Below, piece after piece: positions 49,901 through 63,005 of a DNA stretch of 64,000 nucleotides. Positions within the stretch are counted from its first letter, which is position 1. Each line of letters begins with the position of its first letter. A program made the translations under genes and the position numbers. Origin of the DNA: Octopus vulgaris (lineage: Eukaryota); contig OX597817.1 of NCBI GenBank assembly GCA_951406725.2, forward strand, positions 24,180,001-24,244,000. Reading direction: 5' to 3'. The notes beneath the pieces were generated by a model, which made no database searches, had not been told where the DNA came from, and worked only from the letters and a program-made list of their open reading frames with translations.

Positions 49901-50974
49901 GTGTTTCTTTGTAATGTACAGCAGAAAAACCACCTACTCCCTCTCTTCTTAATGTTACATATTCCTCACACCCTCCTTTCTTTCCCTTCCTCGGCATTTT
50001 AAGTTAGTTATATGTATGTGTGTGCATGAATCTATGTACTTACGAAAGTAGGTATCCAATAAATGACAGCTGTATTAATGTTATCATCCTACTGCCATTC
50101 TGTATTTGTTGTTTACGCAACACAGTTCTCCCCTTCTCTGATATCAGCTATACTCACAATGCCTCCATATTTCTCTCACACTTACACTCTTTGCACCCTT
50201 CTCATTTTATCAAACAATAGCCCAATCCCACTAGAGGGCCAGTTATAGAATTTTATTGAAATATAATTAGCCTATAATTGAAGTAGATGTTAGTTTAACA
50301 TGTTTGCAAAGTTTTGTCAAGGTTGGTTCACTGGTATAGGTAGCAAGATAGTAACAGACAGATTGACAGGCAGAAATTGCCATGTATATATAAGATATAT
50401 ATATTAATGGACAAATCAATATTAATTCAAACAAGTGAAAGGAGAAATGAAGTTGAAAATACACAGAATATATTAGAATTAAGATTTAAATAGATTTTAA
50501 AATATACGAGTACATTTGACTAATTTCACATTAGATTTTCAAACATCTATTGTATATGGATCTGTCAGGAATTATGCATATGGGCACAGGGAATTTTATG
50601 TGGCTGAGAACTTACTTCCTAACCACAAAGCCACATATTACAGCACCTGACCTTATTTTTAGCATTATATTGTAGAAAGATGCAAGCAGGATTTGAACTT
50701 TGTGTGCTTAGACAACATCTTCAGGGCATCAAGACTCTAAAAAACTGACACAGTATAGGAGGAATGCTTTAGTTCTAGCAGATATTCTTGATGGTGCTGG
50801 TAGCATGATGAAATGCCCTCAGGCCATAGTGTAAATTATTGGTGTTTGTTATTGTTTTTTTTTTGTTGTTTTTTTTTTGCATGGTAAGGAAACTCCAGAA
50901 GCTTGAATTAAAGCAACTTGCTCAGGATATCAGCAACTCTAGAATACTGACCATGGGAGAGAGGTTGTCATCTG

Positions 50975-51125
50975 CATCGACCCTTATGTTCAATTGGAAC
51001 TTATGTTATCAACCTTGAAAGGATAAAAGACAAAGTGGTTCTCAGAAGCATTTCAACTCAGAACATAAATTTTGAAAAAATGCTGCTAAGCATTTTGCCT
51101 AGAGCAGTAACAATTCTGCCAACTC
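50975..51125 (-). mobile_element. Decayed SINE family A
   Basis: AACTCAGAAC...TGCTAAGCATTTTGCC...ATTCTGCC. Confidence 0.65.
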
Positions 51126-52118
51126 AATCCCTCAGATACTAGCACAATATTAAGGAAGCATTTCGATTTTAGCAGCAGATATTACCTAAGAAAGGCATGC
51201 AACACTTACTGTAATGTTAATGCTGATAAGAAAGGTGTCTAGTCAGTAGTACCAAACAAAAACCATAGCTAACATAATTACTTTGAAAATTTTTGACTGT
51301 GTATTTAGGACTGATATTTACCATGCTAGTGCTATATATGGTAGTACTGTGGTCATATGGAAACATTTGGCTATGTGTAAGAACTCTTCAACTTGCATCA
51401 AACAATCATATTAGCTTGTTTCTTTTCAGCAACAGAAAGCTGGGAAGAAACACTAAGTCCACCAGCTACCAGAACACACACCCCCCACTAAAAACTTCCC
51501 CTTTCTGTCAAGTATAAATGATCAGTATTGCCATTACCAATGTCAATATGATATAAGATATGTTTAGACAGATCCTATACATGCTGGAGCAGTGGTGAGA
51601 GAGGGAGAGAGAGAGAGAAGTGTGTTTGTGTGAGGTAAGGTGGAAAGAAGACAACTTGGTTCTTAACAGATAAGGAACATGGGTATAAAGTTTTCTGAAA
51701 GAACTGAATTGGTAGGGCTAGAGTAGGCATATTTGTGAAAAAGAATTAGGTGGATAAAATTATTTATTTAGTGAGAGTGAGTGACAGGATAATTAAATAT
51801 AAAGTAGCTGTAGTTAACATGACAGCAACAGCGATCTCTGCATATGCGCTACAATGGAGGCTTATATATGAACAAAAAGAATCATTTCTATGAGGCCTTC
51901 TTGCAGACAACTTGAATAACTGATGACACTCTTACAATTTCAGCAGGTGTCTTTACTGTTCATGTTGGAATAAACCAGGATAGCTACTTTGAAGTATACA
52001 AAAGCTATTGATATGTTACAAGGAATGAAAGGGATCAAGACACTTGGAGTTCTGTGAAGTAAATGACCAAAACATTTGCTACACTAACATTAGGAACCCA
52101 GCCACTCTTTATTACCTG

Positions 52119-52511
52119 CTAGCAGTATCGCCCGGCGTGCTCGAGTTTGTTTCGACCCTTTAGAATTGGAATTTTTGAAAAGTAAAACTTTTGCATTTTG
52201 TAGCTTGTTATTCTCTTTAAGTGAACATTTTTTCTGGTTGAAATACACCAGAAAATGGTGATACAGCAGTCAAAAAATCGTAAAAAATAGGGATTTTCAT
52301 AGAAAAAAAGTACCTTTTTCATGTAAATAATTTTTGGTGTTAACATGGCCCGATTTGAATTTTTTTTGTCTAAGGAAGATAGAGTAAGCCTTCTTCTATC
52401 ATACTCTCAATTTTGGTCAATTTGTGCTGCAGGGTCTTGGAGGAGATAGTGTTAGTTGAAGGCTACCAAACCTGCCATACACAGACAAATTCAGCTTTAT
52501 ATATAGAGAGA
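52119..52511 (-). mobile_element. Non-autonomous Helitron
   Basis: Inverted copy of 10135-10526, with hairpin and CTAG end. Confidence 0.8.
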
Positions 52512-53225
52512 TTATGTAGGCAAACATGAAAGCCGAAAATACTTCGAAAACCAGGAAACAAGGTAGACATATTTAAGAAAAGTAAATTTAACCTTAGTGA
52601 AGATTGTACCATTCAAAATTGAATAGTGTTCAGGAGCACTAGATTATGAGCGAGATAGACTCAGTGACTCAATGCAATATGGAAAAGAGAAGTGTAGAAA
52701 CTAAAAGATCTCTCTGCTAAAATTAAGATAAGTAAAGTTGTATTTGGTGCATATGATAAGAAGTGGGAGATAAAAATCTATAACTTGAGGATAACTAGTT
52801 GCTTCTGTGAGACAGCATGCTGCTTCACATAGATCGATGGCTGGAGCAAGGCTGAAGATGTCATCTTCCATCAACCAGATGGAAGATGACATGGTAATAG
52901 AAAGATACAGTAGATAGAGCAATAAATGTTAAGAAACAGGACTGGAAATATTGGGAAAATAATTTGGTGTAAGGAACAATGTTAGATATCTATAAGACAA
53001 ATTGGGCATCAGAACTACAAAGATTTGACTTGAAAGTAAGAGTCTTACTAATGTTCTACAATGAAGAGATCAGAGGTGTGAATTATTCCAGATTGCAAAA
53101 CTATGTACCAGAACAAATCAAGGTGCCATTGTAGAAAAATATTTTCAGAATGATAGAAGAATATTTATCCTCATCGATGCTAAGAAGGACTCAGCTGGAA
53201 ATATTAATATGAAAGCTTACAAAAT

Positions 53226-53592
53226 CTTTTATCTTTTACTTGTTTCAGTAGCATGACGGCTGCCATTCTAGGGTATGGCCTTGAAGAATTTTTAATTGAA
53301 TGAATTGATCCCAGTTCTTATTTTTTTTTACGCCTAACACTTATTCTATTGGTCTCTTTCACTGAAGTGCAAAGATATGGCCAAGCAGTGGTGGGGTCTA
53401 TCACTGACACAATAGTATACACACACAAACACACACAGAGGTTTCTTTCAGTTTCTGCTTGCCAAATCTACTCACAAGGCTTTGGTTAGCCTGAGACTAT
53501 AGTAGAAGACGCTTGCCCAAAGTACCACACAGTGGGACTGAACCCAGAATCATGTGACTGGAAAGCAAGCTTTGTACTACATAGCCACGCCT
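53226..53592 (-). mobile_element. SINE family B, diverged
   Basis: Head, core and tail recognisable on the reverse strand. Confidence 0.8.
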
Positions 53593-54077
53593 ATAACAAG
53601 AGAATTCTTAGAGAATTTATACGAGAAAGTGAGTGAGAGTAAGAGAAAAAATAAAGTAAGTATTTTGAACAATGAAATCAGCTACTGAAGTTGACAACAT
53701 AGGTAAAGATATGAGGACAGACACAGCAGCTAGTCCTTGATGGATAGTCACTGAGATGCTAGTAATATCTGATGAAGGAAGTTGGCCTTGTGCCAAAATT
53801 TGAAAGCAACATCGGATGAAGAAAGGATAGCACTAGGTGTTTACATAACCAATCAAGCAACAAAGACAGGTGTTGTACTACATGACTAATGTAACAAAAT
53901 CAGGACTGACTCTAGAAAAGGCTGTTACAGGGTCATCAAACTGATGAATCATGTAAAAGAGTTAGCACAAATATTTAGGAAGATAATTAGTGCAGATGGA
54001 ATGCAGTTTGGGTTTGCAATAGGATAGAATACCATAGATACTTTCTTCTTGGTGAGAGAAAGAGCAAACAGAATAAA

Positions 54078-54511
54078 TAGGTGTAGGAATGGCTGTGTGG
54101 TAAGTAGCTTGCTTACAAACCATTTGTTTCCGGGTTCAATCCCACTGCATGGCACCTTGGGCAAGTGTCTTCTTCTACAGCCTCAAGCCGACCAAAGCCT
54201 TGTGAGTGGATTTGGTAGACAGAAACTGAAAGAAGTCCATCGTATATATGTATGTATGTATATATATATATATATATATACATATATATATGTACGTGTG
54301 TGTATATGTTTATATGTTTGTGCCCCCAACATCACTTGACAACTGATGCTGGTGTATTTACGTCCCCGTAACTTAGCGATTCGGCAAAAGAGACTGATAG
54401 AATAAGTACTAGGCTTACAAAGAATAAGTCCTGCGATTGATTTGCTCGACTAAAGGCGGTGCTCCAGTATGGCCACAGTCAAATGACTGAAACAAGTAAA
54501 AGAGTAAAGAG
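54078..54511 (+). mobile_element. SINE family B, full length
   Basis: Head, core, microsatellite and tail all present. Confidence 0.9.
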
Positions 54512-55570
54512 CTATACCTAGTAAATGTCAATCAGGTTTATATCTTCTGTATTCGGGTGGTTGTTAGGAAAACCAGGTGTATATGAATGACTTATGTAAT
54601 ACATGCAATATATGTACAGAAATGTTGTCCCCAAGGTCAGAGTTGGCAATGAATTGAACTATGGAACTGACCCAGCTGCAGAGGTAAAATGAAAATTTCG
54701 ACATCTCAAGAAATAAATAGAGAGTGTAATTAACAGTTTTTTGTGTTTTTTAGATAGTCAAAATTATTTTTATGAATTTTATGTTATAATTTCTTATCAA
54801 TGAATTGCTTGTTAGGAATCTAAATTTAATTTATTTTCATTGCAAATAAACTTGAAATTTATTAATTAATTTTTACTACCACTGCCATCCAATACTTTCC
54901 TCAAGTAAACTCATGCTGAGATAAATAATCAAATGTTAATCCATTTACATCTTCTAAATATTCACCTAATTAGAAGAATATGGATAATGCCAACTCCATA
55001 TGAGAAATAAAGGTTATACAGAATTTTTGCTGTACTTGTGTCTTTCATCTTTGTGAGGTGTACTTTGTGAAAATTGTCAATGGATCATCAAGGGGATGGT
55101 TAGAAAGAAGAATGTGATTAGTGCCCACACAACAGAATTAATGCTTACTAATCTTACTAGATGTGCTAAGGGTGCCACTCTCTGGCCCTTTGAAGATATT
55201 ATTGTTTCCTGCTTATTAACTTATTAACCCAGAAACTTAATTTTTAAAGTTATTTACATCTGTTTATTGTTCTAATAACATTTAAAAATAAATTTGTGTT
55301 ATCAGCTAAATACTCGTCTATATTACTTTGGGGACTGATGCAATGAAGTGAGATATTTTTAGTGTCAGGTTTCTGTTTGTAATGTACTTTCTTTTCCAAA
55401 GAGGAAGTGTGTGTGACTACCTTTTCTCCCTGGAGTAAAATTTTTGTCCACGTTGAAGGATTTAAATATACTACTACTAAAAGGAATTATATTTGTGACA
55501 ACAACAATAACAACAATTATTAATTTAAGGTTAATTTCAAGAACAACTATTATATTTGCATCTCAGTAAT

Positions 55571-55899
55571 ATGGAAGCACTCCATCGGTTACGACGACGA
55601 GGGTTCCGGTTGATCCAATCAACGGAACAGCCTGTTCGTGAAATTAACGTGTAAGTGGCTGAGCACTCCACAGACACATGTACCCTTAACGTAGTACCCT
55701 TAAATACAGGTACAACAGAAACAGGAAGTAAGAGTGAGAGAAAGTTGTGGTGAAAGAATACACCATCCCCTGCCAGAGCCTCGTGGGGCTTTTAGGTGTT
55801 TTCGCTCAATAAACACTCACAACGCCTGGTCTGGGAATTGAAACCGCGATCCTACAACTGTGAGTCCACTGCCCTAACCACTGGGCCATTGCGCCTCCA
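55571..55899 (-). mobile_element. SINE family C (tail type 1), with internal deletions
   Basis: Matches 1300-1684. Confidence 0.88.
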
Positions 55900-56532
55900 C
55901 ATATCATAAAGATCAAATGAATGTCCATCTTCAGAAAAAGGAATTTAAATGTTAACACCATAGTTACCTTCTCTGATATAGCACTGGTTTTGTCAATTAC
56001 CATTTCCTATGTTGTTACATTTTCTACTGTGTACTATATATTATATGTTGCAGGTGCTTGGATAGCTTCAGGCTATAGTAATATACAAATATGTCCAAAA
56101 TGGCAATTAAATTTATTCAGTTAACAGCTTTCATGTTTGCAAGTAAACTAATATAGTTCTTTAATGATTTTAGTTTTGTTCTCTGGTTTATAACATGACA
56201 ATTTATTAAAGAGAAAATTTTAAATTTTAATCAGATAGTAATATTTTACTGAGGCTATTTGCTATTCTATGATGCGGGTTAATACATGTTGTAAACTCTT
56301 TGTAAGTTTGTTATTCCTGCTGATGTGTGCTAATTCATGATATTATTTGATAGAAAGATGGTAATTTGGTTGGTACAAAGCTATGAAGCAATTCACAAAA
56401 AGAAAACAAACATTAAAAATATCACATGTCAATATTTAAATCTAAAAAGAAGTTTAAAATAGTGCCTAGTTGATAAAACACATGTGTTGAGTGTGTGTAT
56501 ACAAACACAGACAGAAACACACATACATACAT

Positions 56533-56740
56533 ACATCATCATCATCATCAGCATCATTATTTAACATTTGTGTTCCATTCTGGCATAGGTCAGATGGTTT
56601 GAGAGGAACCAATGTCTCTAACGAATGCATTGAGCTCCAATGTCTGCCTTGGCATAGTTTTATGGCTGGATGCCGTTTGTAATGTCTATTACTTTATATC
56701 ATGGACTGGGTCCTTTTTTCATGCTACCACATTATTGAGA
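56533..56740 (-). mobile_element. Decayed family D-like retroposon
   Basis: (CAT)n TTTAACAT...TTCCAT.CTGGCAT and GGCTGGATGCC. Confidence 0.55.
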
Positions 56741-56789
56741 TGATCATGCAGTTTACATTATGACTACAAGATATATATATATATATATG

Positions 56790-57015
56790 AATGAGGAATT
56801 TCAACTGTGTTTCATGGTCTGCTACCACAACAGCTCCTTTATATGATCCAGTTAGCTCAAGACATCATCAGGAGGAACCACGTCCGGTTTCGGCCCCTAC
56901 TCCTCTACCGTTTTGACGTGGCGGCCCCACCTCCTTTCTGAGGTGTCTTCAGCTCTGGTGTTGGGTGCATGTCTTTCTTCTTCTTTCTTCTGTTCCTTGG
57001 CCTCTTCGATGCTGT
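56790..57015 (-). mobile_element. Repeat E, second copy, inserted in (TA)n
   Basis: Matches about 18138-18362; flanked by TA runs on both sides. Confidence 0.75.
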
Positions 57016-57039
57016 ATATATATATATATATATATATAG

Positions 57040-57441
57040 CTGCCGGTGTAGCTGTGTGGCAAGAAGCCTGCTTCTCAACCACATGGTTCTAGGTTTAGTT
57101 CTATTACATGGCACATTGAGCAAATATCTTCAAATATAGCTTCAGGCTGTAATACTTGTAAGTGGATTTGGTTGATGGTTATTGAAAGAAGGCCCTCATA
57201 TGTGTGTGTGAGTGGTTGCGTGTGTAACTATGCATGTGTGTATGTTTTTTTGTATCTTTGCTTGTCCCTCTCTGCCACTTGACAACAAGTGTTGGTTTGT
57301 GTATGTCCCTGAAACTTAGCAGCTTAACAAAAGGATACTGATGGAATAAGTACAGGGGTCGATTCATTAAATTTAAAGTTCTTCAAGGTGGTGCCCCAGC
57401 ATGGCCACAATCTAATGACTGAAACAGATAAAAGATGAAAG
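57040..57441 (+). mobile_element. SINE family B, diverged
   Basis: Head, core and tail recognisable. Confidence 0.8.
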
Positions 57442-57460
57442 ACATATATGTATATATATA

Positions 57461-58550
57461 CAGGGTGTCCCAGAAGTCATGCACCATCCTGTTTTTTTTT
57501 TTTTAGAAGTACACCTTTATCGATTCCTAAAACACTTTATTGAAATTAATCATAACAAATGAATCAAATTGAACATCCTCTGCAATAAAACATGCATCAG
57601 TTCTCTTTATGAAACTGTCTTTCACACTCCTGAATGTGGAAAGGATGATCTTTTGGCACTCAGTTGTTATTGCTGCATCCTTCGAATCATCAAGAGTGCA
57701 TGGATGATTCTGGTTTGAGATGTCCCCAAAGGAAATAGTCAAGCAGAGTAAGATCTGGAGATCAGGGTGGCTACTCCACAGAACCTCTCTGTCCAATCCA
57801 TCTTTTAGGAAAGGTCTGGTTTGAGTAGTTACTCACACAATTAGCAAAGTGTGCTGAAGCTCCATTCTGCTGAGAAAAGAAGTATTTTCATCGAATTATG
57901 GGAGCATCCTCAAGTAGTCAAACAAGGTCTGCAGGAGCTTTAAATATGTTTCACCGGTGACATTATCATTAAAAAAGTAAGGGCCAATGATTTCTTCCTC
58001 CCTGATTCCAGCCCAGACCAGACCATGATCCCTGGGTTGTTCTGATGGTGCCCCTCCTCATTCTAATGTGAATTGTTATCTGACCAATAGCACATATTGT
58101 GTCAGTTTACTTGGCCCTTCAAATGGAAAATGGCTTCATCACTAAAGAATATTAAGAATCTCTATGTGCACGAATCCATTCACAGAATTCCAATTGTCTA
58201 GTTTTGTCATCACCATGAAGAGCTTGCAGAAGATGTACTTTGTACGAATGAAATTCATGAGTCTTTAGATTATGATGCACTTATGATTTGCTAATGTTTA
58301 GCTCCTGACTTACTCTTCTGATTGATTTCACAGAACTTCTAACAACATTCGCCAAAACAATAGTGGATGTTTCTTCATCAGTTACAACTTTTGGTCACCC
58401 ATATCTCTTATTATGGTTAGCAACTGAGCCAGTTTTTTGAAAACGTTTGATTAAATAGCAGACAGTAGTATGGCTCTATGGTTCTCGCTCAGGGTGTTTG
58501 CAATTGAATTCTTCAGCTACTGAGCGGTGTGTTGCCACATTATGTGAGTG
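57461..58550 (-). mobile_element. Tc1/mariner-superfamily transposase pseudogene with one TIR
   Basis: TA|CAGGGTGTCCC end. Reverse translation gives FFSDEAIFHLKGQVN, FSQQNGASAH and *PP*SPDLTLLDYFLWGHLK (DDD-type motifs). Confidence 0.85.
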
Positions 58551-58665
58551 TGTATGCATGTAGAATAATGAAGAAATAAATGGGATAAATATCCTTATAC
58601 AGCACAACTAAATAGCAGTCTGATAGAGCCTCAGGAATATAAAACCAAGAATGACAAAACAAATT

Positions 58666-59588
58666 TCAAAAGTCAGAGTTCATATTCCCTCAAAATATTT
58701 CAAAGCATCGGAATACTCCACAGCATACATAGGTGCAGTCATATACACAAGATATAATATAAGAATTTATAAATATATAAATATATAAAAATACATAAAT
58801 GTACTTGCAGGGTTTTATGACTGTATTAAAATCAATGAGGATATTAAAATATGCAGATGGTGAATGTATAGCGGTAATCCAAATAGATGAGAAAGTTGGT
58901 ATAAAATGATTTTAAAAGGAATCTTGAGCAGGTGCAAAGTCTGATGGCTGTTAACTCACCCAAACCAACCTACATCTTCTCAAAACGGCTGTCGGATTTT
59001 GCACCTGCTCAACATACCTTTTAAAATCATTTTATACCAACTTCCTCATTTATTTGGATTACCCCTAGGCATTCACCATCCGAATATTTTAATATCCTCA
59101 TTGATTTTAATATGGACGTACACCCTCGTAAATACATTTATGTATTTTTATATAATTGTACATTTATAAAATTTTATATTATATCCTATATATATATATG
59201 AATGTGGAGGCACAATGGCCTAGTGGTTAGGGCAGCGGACTTGCGGTCGTAGGATCACGGTTTCGATTCCCAGACCGGGCGTTGTGAGTGTTTATTGAGC
59301 GAAAATACCTAAAGCTCCACTAGGCTCCAGCAGGGGCTGGTGGCGATCCCTGCTGTACTCTTTCGCCACAACTTTCTCTCACTCTTTCTTCTGTTGGCCT
59401 GCTCGCTTAGCCAGCGGGGTGGCGTCATTTGAAGGCTAAAACAATGCGAAGCGCATTGTGACCAGCGATTGCAACAACATCTGATGGCCTGGTCGGTCAT
59501 GGTGATATATATGAACGTACCTATGTATGCTGTGGAGTATTCCAATGACTTTGAAATATATTGAGTGAATATGAACATTGACCTTTGA
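58666..59588. mobile_element. Fold-back / palindromic element with ~290-bp arms; a SINE C copy splits the right arm
   Basis: 58666-58952 is the inverse of 58984-59195 plus 59505-59588, around a 31-nt spacer. Confidence 0.9.
59205..59505 (+). mobile_element. SINE family C (tail type 2)
   Basis: Matches 42568-42860. ATATATGAA on both flanks is a possible TSD. Confidence 0.9.
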
Positions 59589-59789
59589 TATTCCTTCTCT
59601 CTTTCTTGATTGTATATATATATATAATATATAGTTGTAGTAGGTGGATTGTTGTGGGAAGTCTGTATCGTATTTGGTTTGGTGTGGAGAAATTGGGTTT
59701 AAATTGTGGCTGTGGTAGTATGTTTGTTGTGGAGTGACTGTGTTGTGGACTAGATTATAGTTATTTTGAGGGTTGTTATATTGTCTATG

Positions 59790-60122
59790 GCTCTCTTACT
59801 CTTTTATTAGTTTCAGTCATTTGACTGCGGCCATGCTGGAGCACCGCCTTTAATTGAGCAACTCGACCCCGGCACTTATTCTTTTGTAAGCCAAGTACTT
59901 ATTCAATCGGTCTCTTTTGCCGAACCACTAAGTAACGGGGACGTAAACACACTAGCATCAGTTGTCAAGCAATGCTAGGGGGACAAACACAGACACACAA
60001 ACACACACATGCATATATATATATACATACATACGACGGGCTTCTTTCAGTTTCCATCTACCAAATCCACTCACAAGGCTTTGGTCGGCCCGAGGCTATA
60101 GTAGAAGACACATGCCCAAGGT
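59790..60122 (-). mobile_element. SINE family B, cut by the assembly gap
   Basis: Tail and core run up to the N block. Confidence 0.88.
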
Positions 60123-60222
60123 NNNNNNNNNNNNNNNNNNNNNNNNNNNNNNNNNNNNNNNNNNNNNNNNNNNNNNNNNNNNNNNNNNNNNNNNNNNNNN
60201 NNNNNNNNNNNNNNNNNNNNNN
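60123..60222. other. Assembly gap (100 N)
   Basis: Run of N. True distance and continuity across it are unknown. Confidence 0.99.
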
Positions 60223-60474
60223 GCTTTTTAATTGATTTATCAATGCCAACAGACGACAACGTTTCTCAAACATAATACATAGCAAAAAACACCAGGACTA
60301 ACAAATTTATATAACATACAGAAAATAGCACTACTAAGCACTGCACATATCCTACATAAAACACTTTCAATACAGTAACCATAAGAGCAGCACACACCCA
60401 AGATACACAGAACTGTCCTCGGTAGTGCAGTTAAAGCATGCTATAAAAATAAGACTACTCATTAATAATAATAA

Positions 60475-60812
60475 TTATTTCTTTATTGCCAAAAAGGGGG
60501 CTAACCATTAAAGGGGACAAACAAGGACAAAGGGTTTAAATCGATTACATCGAGGCCAGTGCGTAACTGGTATTTATTTAATCGACCCCAAAAGAATGAA
60601 AGAATGAATAACAACAACAACAACAGTATTAATCCTTTCTACTATAGGCACATTAGATCGACCCCAGTACACAACTGGTACTTAATTTATCGACCCCAAA
60701 AGAATGAAAGGCAATGTCAACCTCAGTGGAATTTGAACTCAGAACGTAAAGACAGACAAAATACTGCTAAGTATTTCGCCCTGCATGCTAACGTTTCTGC
60801 CAGCTCGCTGTC
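60475..60812 (-). mobile_element. Two adjacent SINE family A pieces (tail types 1 and 2)
   Basis: Two cores (ATCGACCCCAAAAGAATGAAAG) and one head. Confidence 0.8.
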
Positions 60813-61213
60813 TTGATCGTACTCTATTTCCATATTATTTGCTAAATCTTCAGATGAACCTGTAGTGTGAGATTGCTATTAGTGGAACTGGTAGTTTGTT
60901 ATCTTTATTATGTGGTTCTAATTATAAATCAGATTGCCAATTTGGGTACTGCATCTTTGGTGTATTTTCCTTAGATAAGTCAGCTATCCTTGTCATATAA
61001 CAGTCACCATTGTGGTCTGTGGGATTACCATATAGTATATTATGGGGTCTATGAAAGGTATAGCTTTCTTTTCCCCATTTATCTAAGATGCTGACATGCA
61101 ATTGTACAGTGCACAGCAAACGAATGCTCACTCTTACTTTTGATCTGCTATCTTACATCCCAACAGATTTTTTGGTAATTCTTGTTCTTAATGCTGTTGC
61201 TATTTATCTTTAC

Positions 61214-61542
61214 TGTAGCATGAGGATCTATTATCTATTGACATACAAGACTATGTCTAGGTGATATGCATAATTACATCTAATCAGGGCGTTCTTAATT
61301 ACCAGGCAAAATTTGTAAAAGTAATTAGGGTATTGTTGTAAATAGGGTATTGTATTATAAATAGGCCAGCAGCTGGTCGTCAAGAGAGGGTCAACAACAG
61401 TTAGTGTTGAAGAGTTGAGAGTTGATTGTTCTAGTTGGTATGTTGTGGAGCTATCAGCGACTATAAAACAGAAGAAGTGTATTACTATTCCAGTATGAAG
61501 AGAAACAATGGTATCCAATGACTAGTAACTTTTGTGGCTACA
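61214..61542 (+). mobile_element. Possible solo LTR (overlaps a candidate minus-strand exon at 61303-61460)
   Basis: TGTAGC...GCTACA termini and internal TATAAATAGG. No TSD. Confidence 0.35.
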
Positions 61543-62090
61543 AGCATAAAACAGCAACTACAGTACAATGGCAGTCACATATCACACCAATGGGAGGAAC
61601 CCACTTTACGACAAGTATATTGCTTGATTTGTCCATCATGTCAAGCAAGAAAAGTAATATTATATATTCATAATAACATATATGCAAAATAACTTGATTT
61701 TATTTCAGAAACTCTAGACAGTGATTAAAAAAAATAAATGCAGTTTTGAAATCGGTCTACAAGAATTCCCTAGAAACATTGATTTATTTTCTTGTTACAA
61801 AATTTTTTTTTTTGTCTTGTATTATCTGACGTTATCGCTCAAACACTAAACTGATGGAAACAGTGTGTCAGTAGATACATTAATTATATCGATATATGCG
61901 CTTATGTGTATTTGTGTTTGTGAGTGATTGCATGAATATGTGTTTTTTTTTTTTGTGTATCAATACTATTTCACAGTTAATAAATTTGGAGACATTTAAC
62001 TAGACACTATGAAGGTTTGAAAGAAATCCTGTAATTTGACAGCAATGTTCAGTGTCAAGATGTCTTGAATTATTGAGAGTTCTTTCTTAC

Positions 62091-62343
62091 CAATCACTGC
62101 ATGTTCCGGAATGTAAATGTTTTCTGGTAACCATGTCAAGATGACTACAAGCACCATCAAGGGAGGAAATTGCGCACAAGATTCTGAGATGGAGTGCATT
62201 TTCAATCTGATGCCATCTCCTTGACTGCTTCTTTGGGAAGCTGATATTGATTGATACATATATTATTACTGTGCCATGCAATTCATTGCAATACAATATA
62301 AGGCAATGAAACCGACAGTCAACATAATCAGTAGGAATTTTTC
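62091..62343 (-). other. Candidate 253-nt exon
   Basis: Unique sequence, strong TTG|GTAAGA donor, weak AATAG acceptor. One frame is fully open and another encodes a hydrophobic N-terminus-like peptide. Confidence 0.35.
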
Positions 62344-63005
62344 CTATTTTTATATTAGAAATAGACAAATGTCCTTTTCCTTAAAAATAAATTGTCTTGA
62401 TAATGATTTATTGCCAAAATAACCCTCCCAAGATTAAAATTTATATTTTCAGAAATATTTTACCTATTTCTTTTGACATATAATTACCTATGTATTTGCT
62501 TGTCTGTCCGTTTGTCTATGCACCTAAGTGTTTGCAAACGTGTGTATGTGTGAGTGTGCATATGTATAAATGTATATGTATTTATGTATGTGTGTGAGAG
62601 AGAGCATTCTCTGGAAACTTCTTTGCAATGTCGGTGGTAGTAACACTATGAGAAGTTGCCAATATTAAAATTATTTCTAGCTGACAGAATAATTGTTTTG
62701 GAGAGTAAGCTGTATATCAGTAACAAAGCAATATCTGTGTGTTGGTATGTGTAAATGTGTGTACATGCATGTATGATTTGAGAATCAACAGGTAAGATTT
62801 TAATATAAATAATATTCAGAATCATAAATTCTATATGTTTAAGTAAACAACATGAGATTAATAAAAGTAAATACTCCCAACTTGAATTGAACTAAGTACA
62901 TCTTGGAAAGTATCAAACATGGGCAAGAGAACCCCTGGAGGGTATTGTTAGCCCACGAATGTCAAAAGGGCCCAATGAGAATTTTGGGTGCTAAGAGGTT
63001 GTAGA

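Larger units (their letters stand above)
51640..54650 (+). mobile_element. Heavily decayed RTE LINE (APE endonuclease to RT) with nested Helitron and SINEs
   Basis: AYA.Q, FYEAF, G.F..HVG and LEFC remnants at 51840-52060; MQFGF...T.D.FFLVR at 54001. Confidence 0.65.

Noticed and set aside
58365-58385. CTGATGA...GAAAC on the minus strand as a hammerhead
   Set aside because: No room for stem II; it is transposase coding sequence (VTDEETS).
58926-59010. Five consecutive arm mismatches near the loop of the fold-back are all G.U-compatible
   Set aside because: Mostly explained by CpG decay, and mismatches further down the stem include A.C pairs and transversions.
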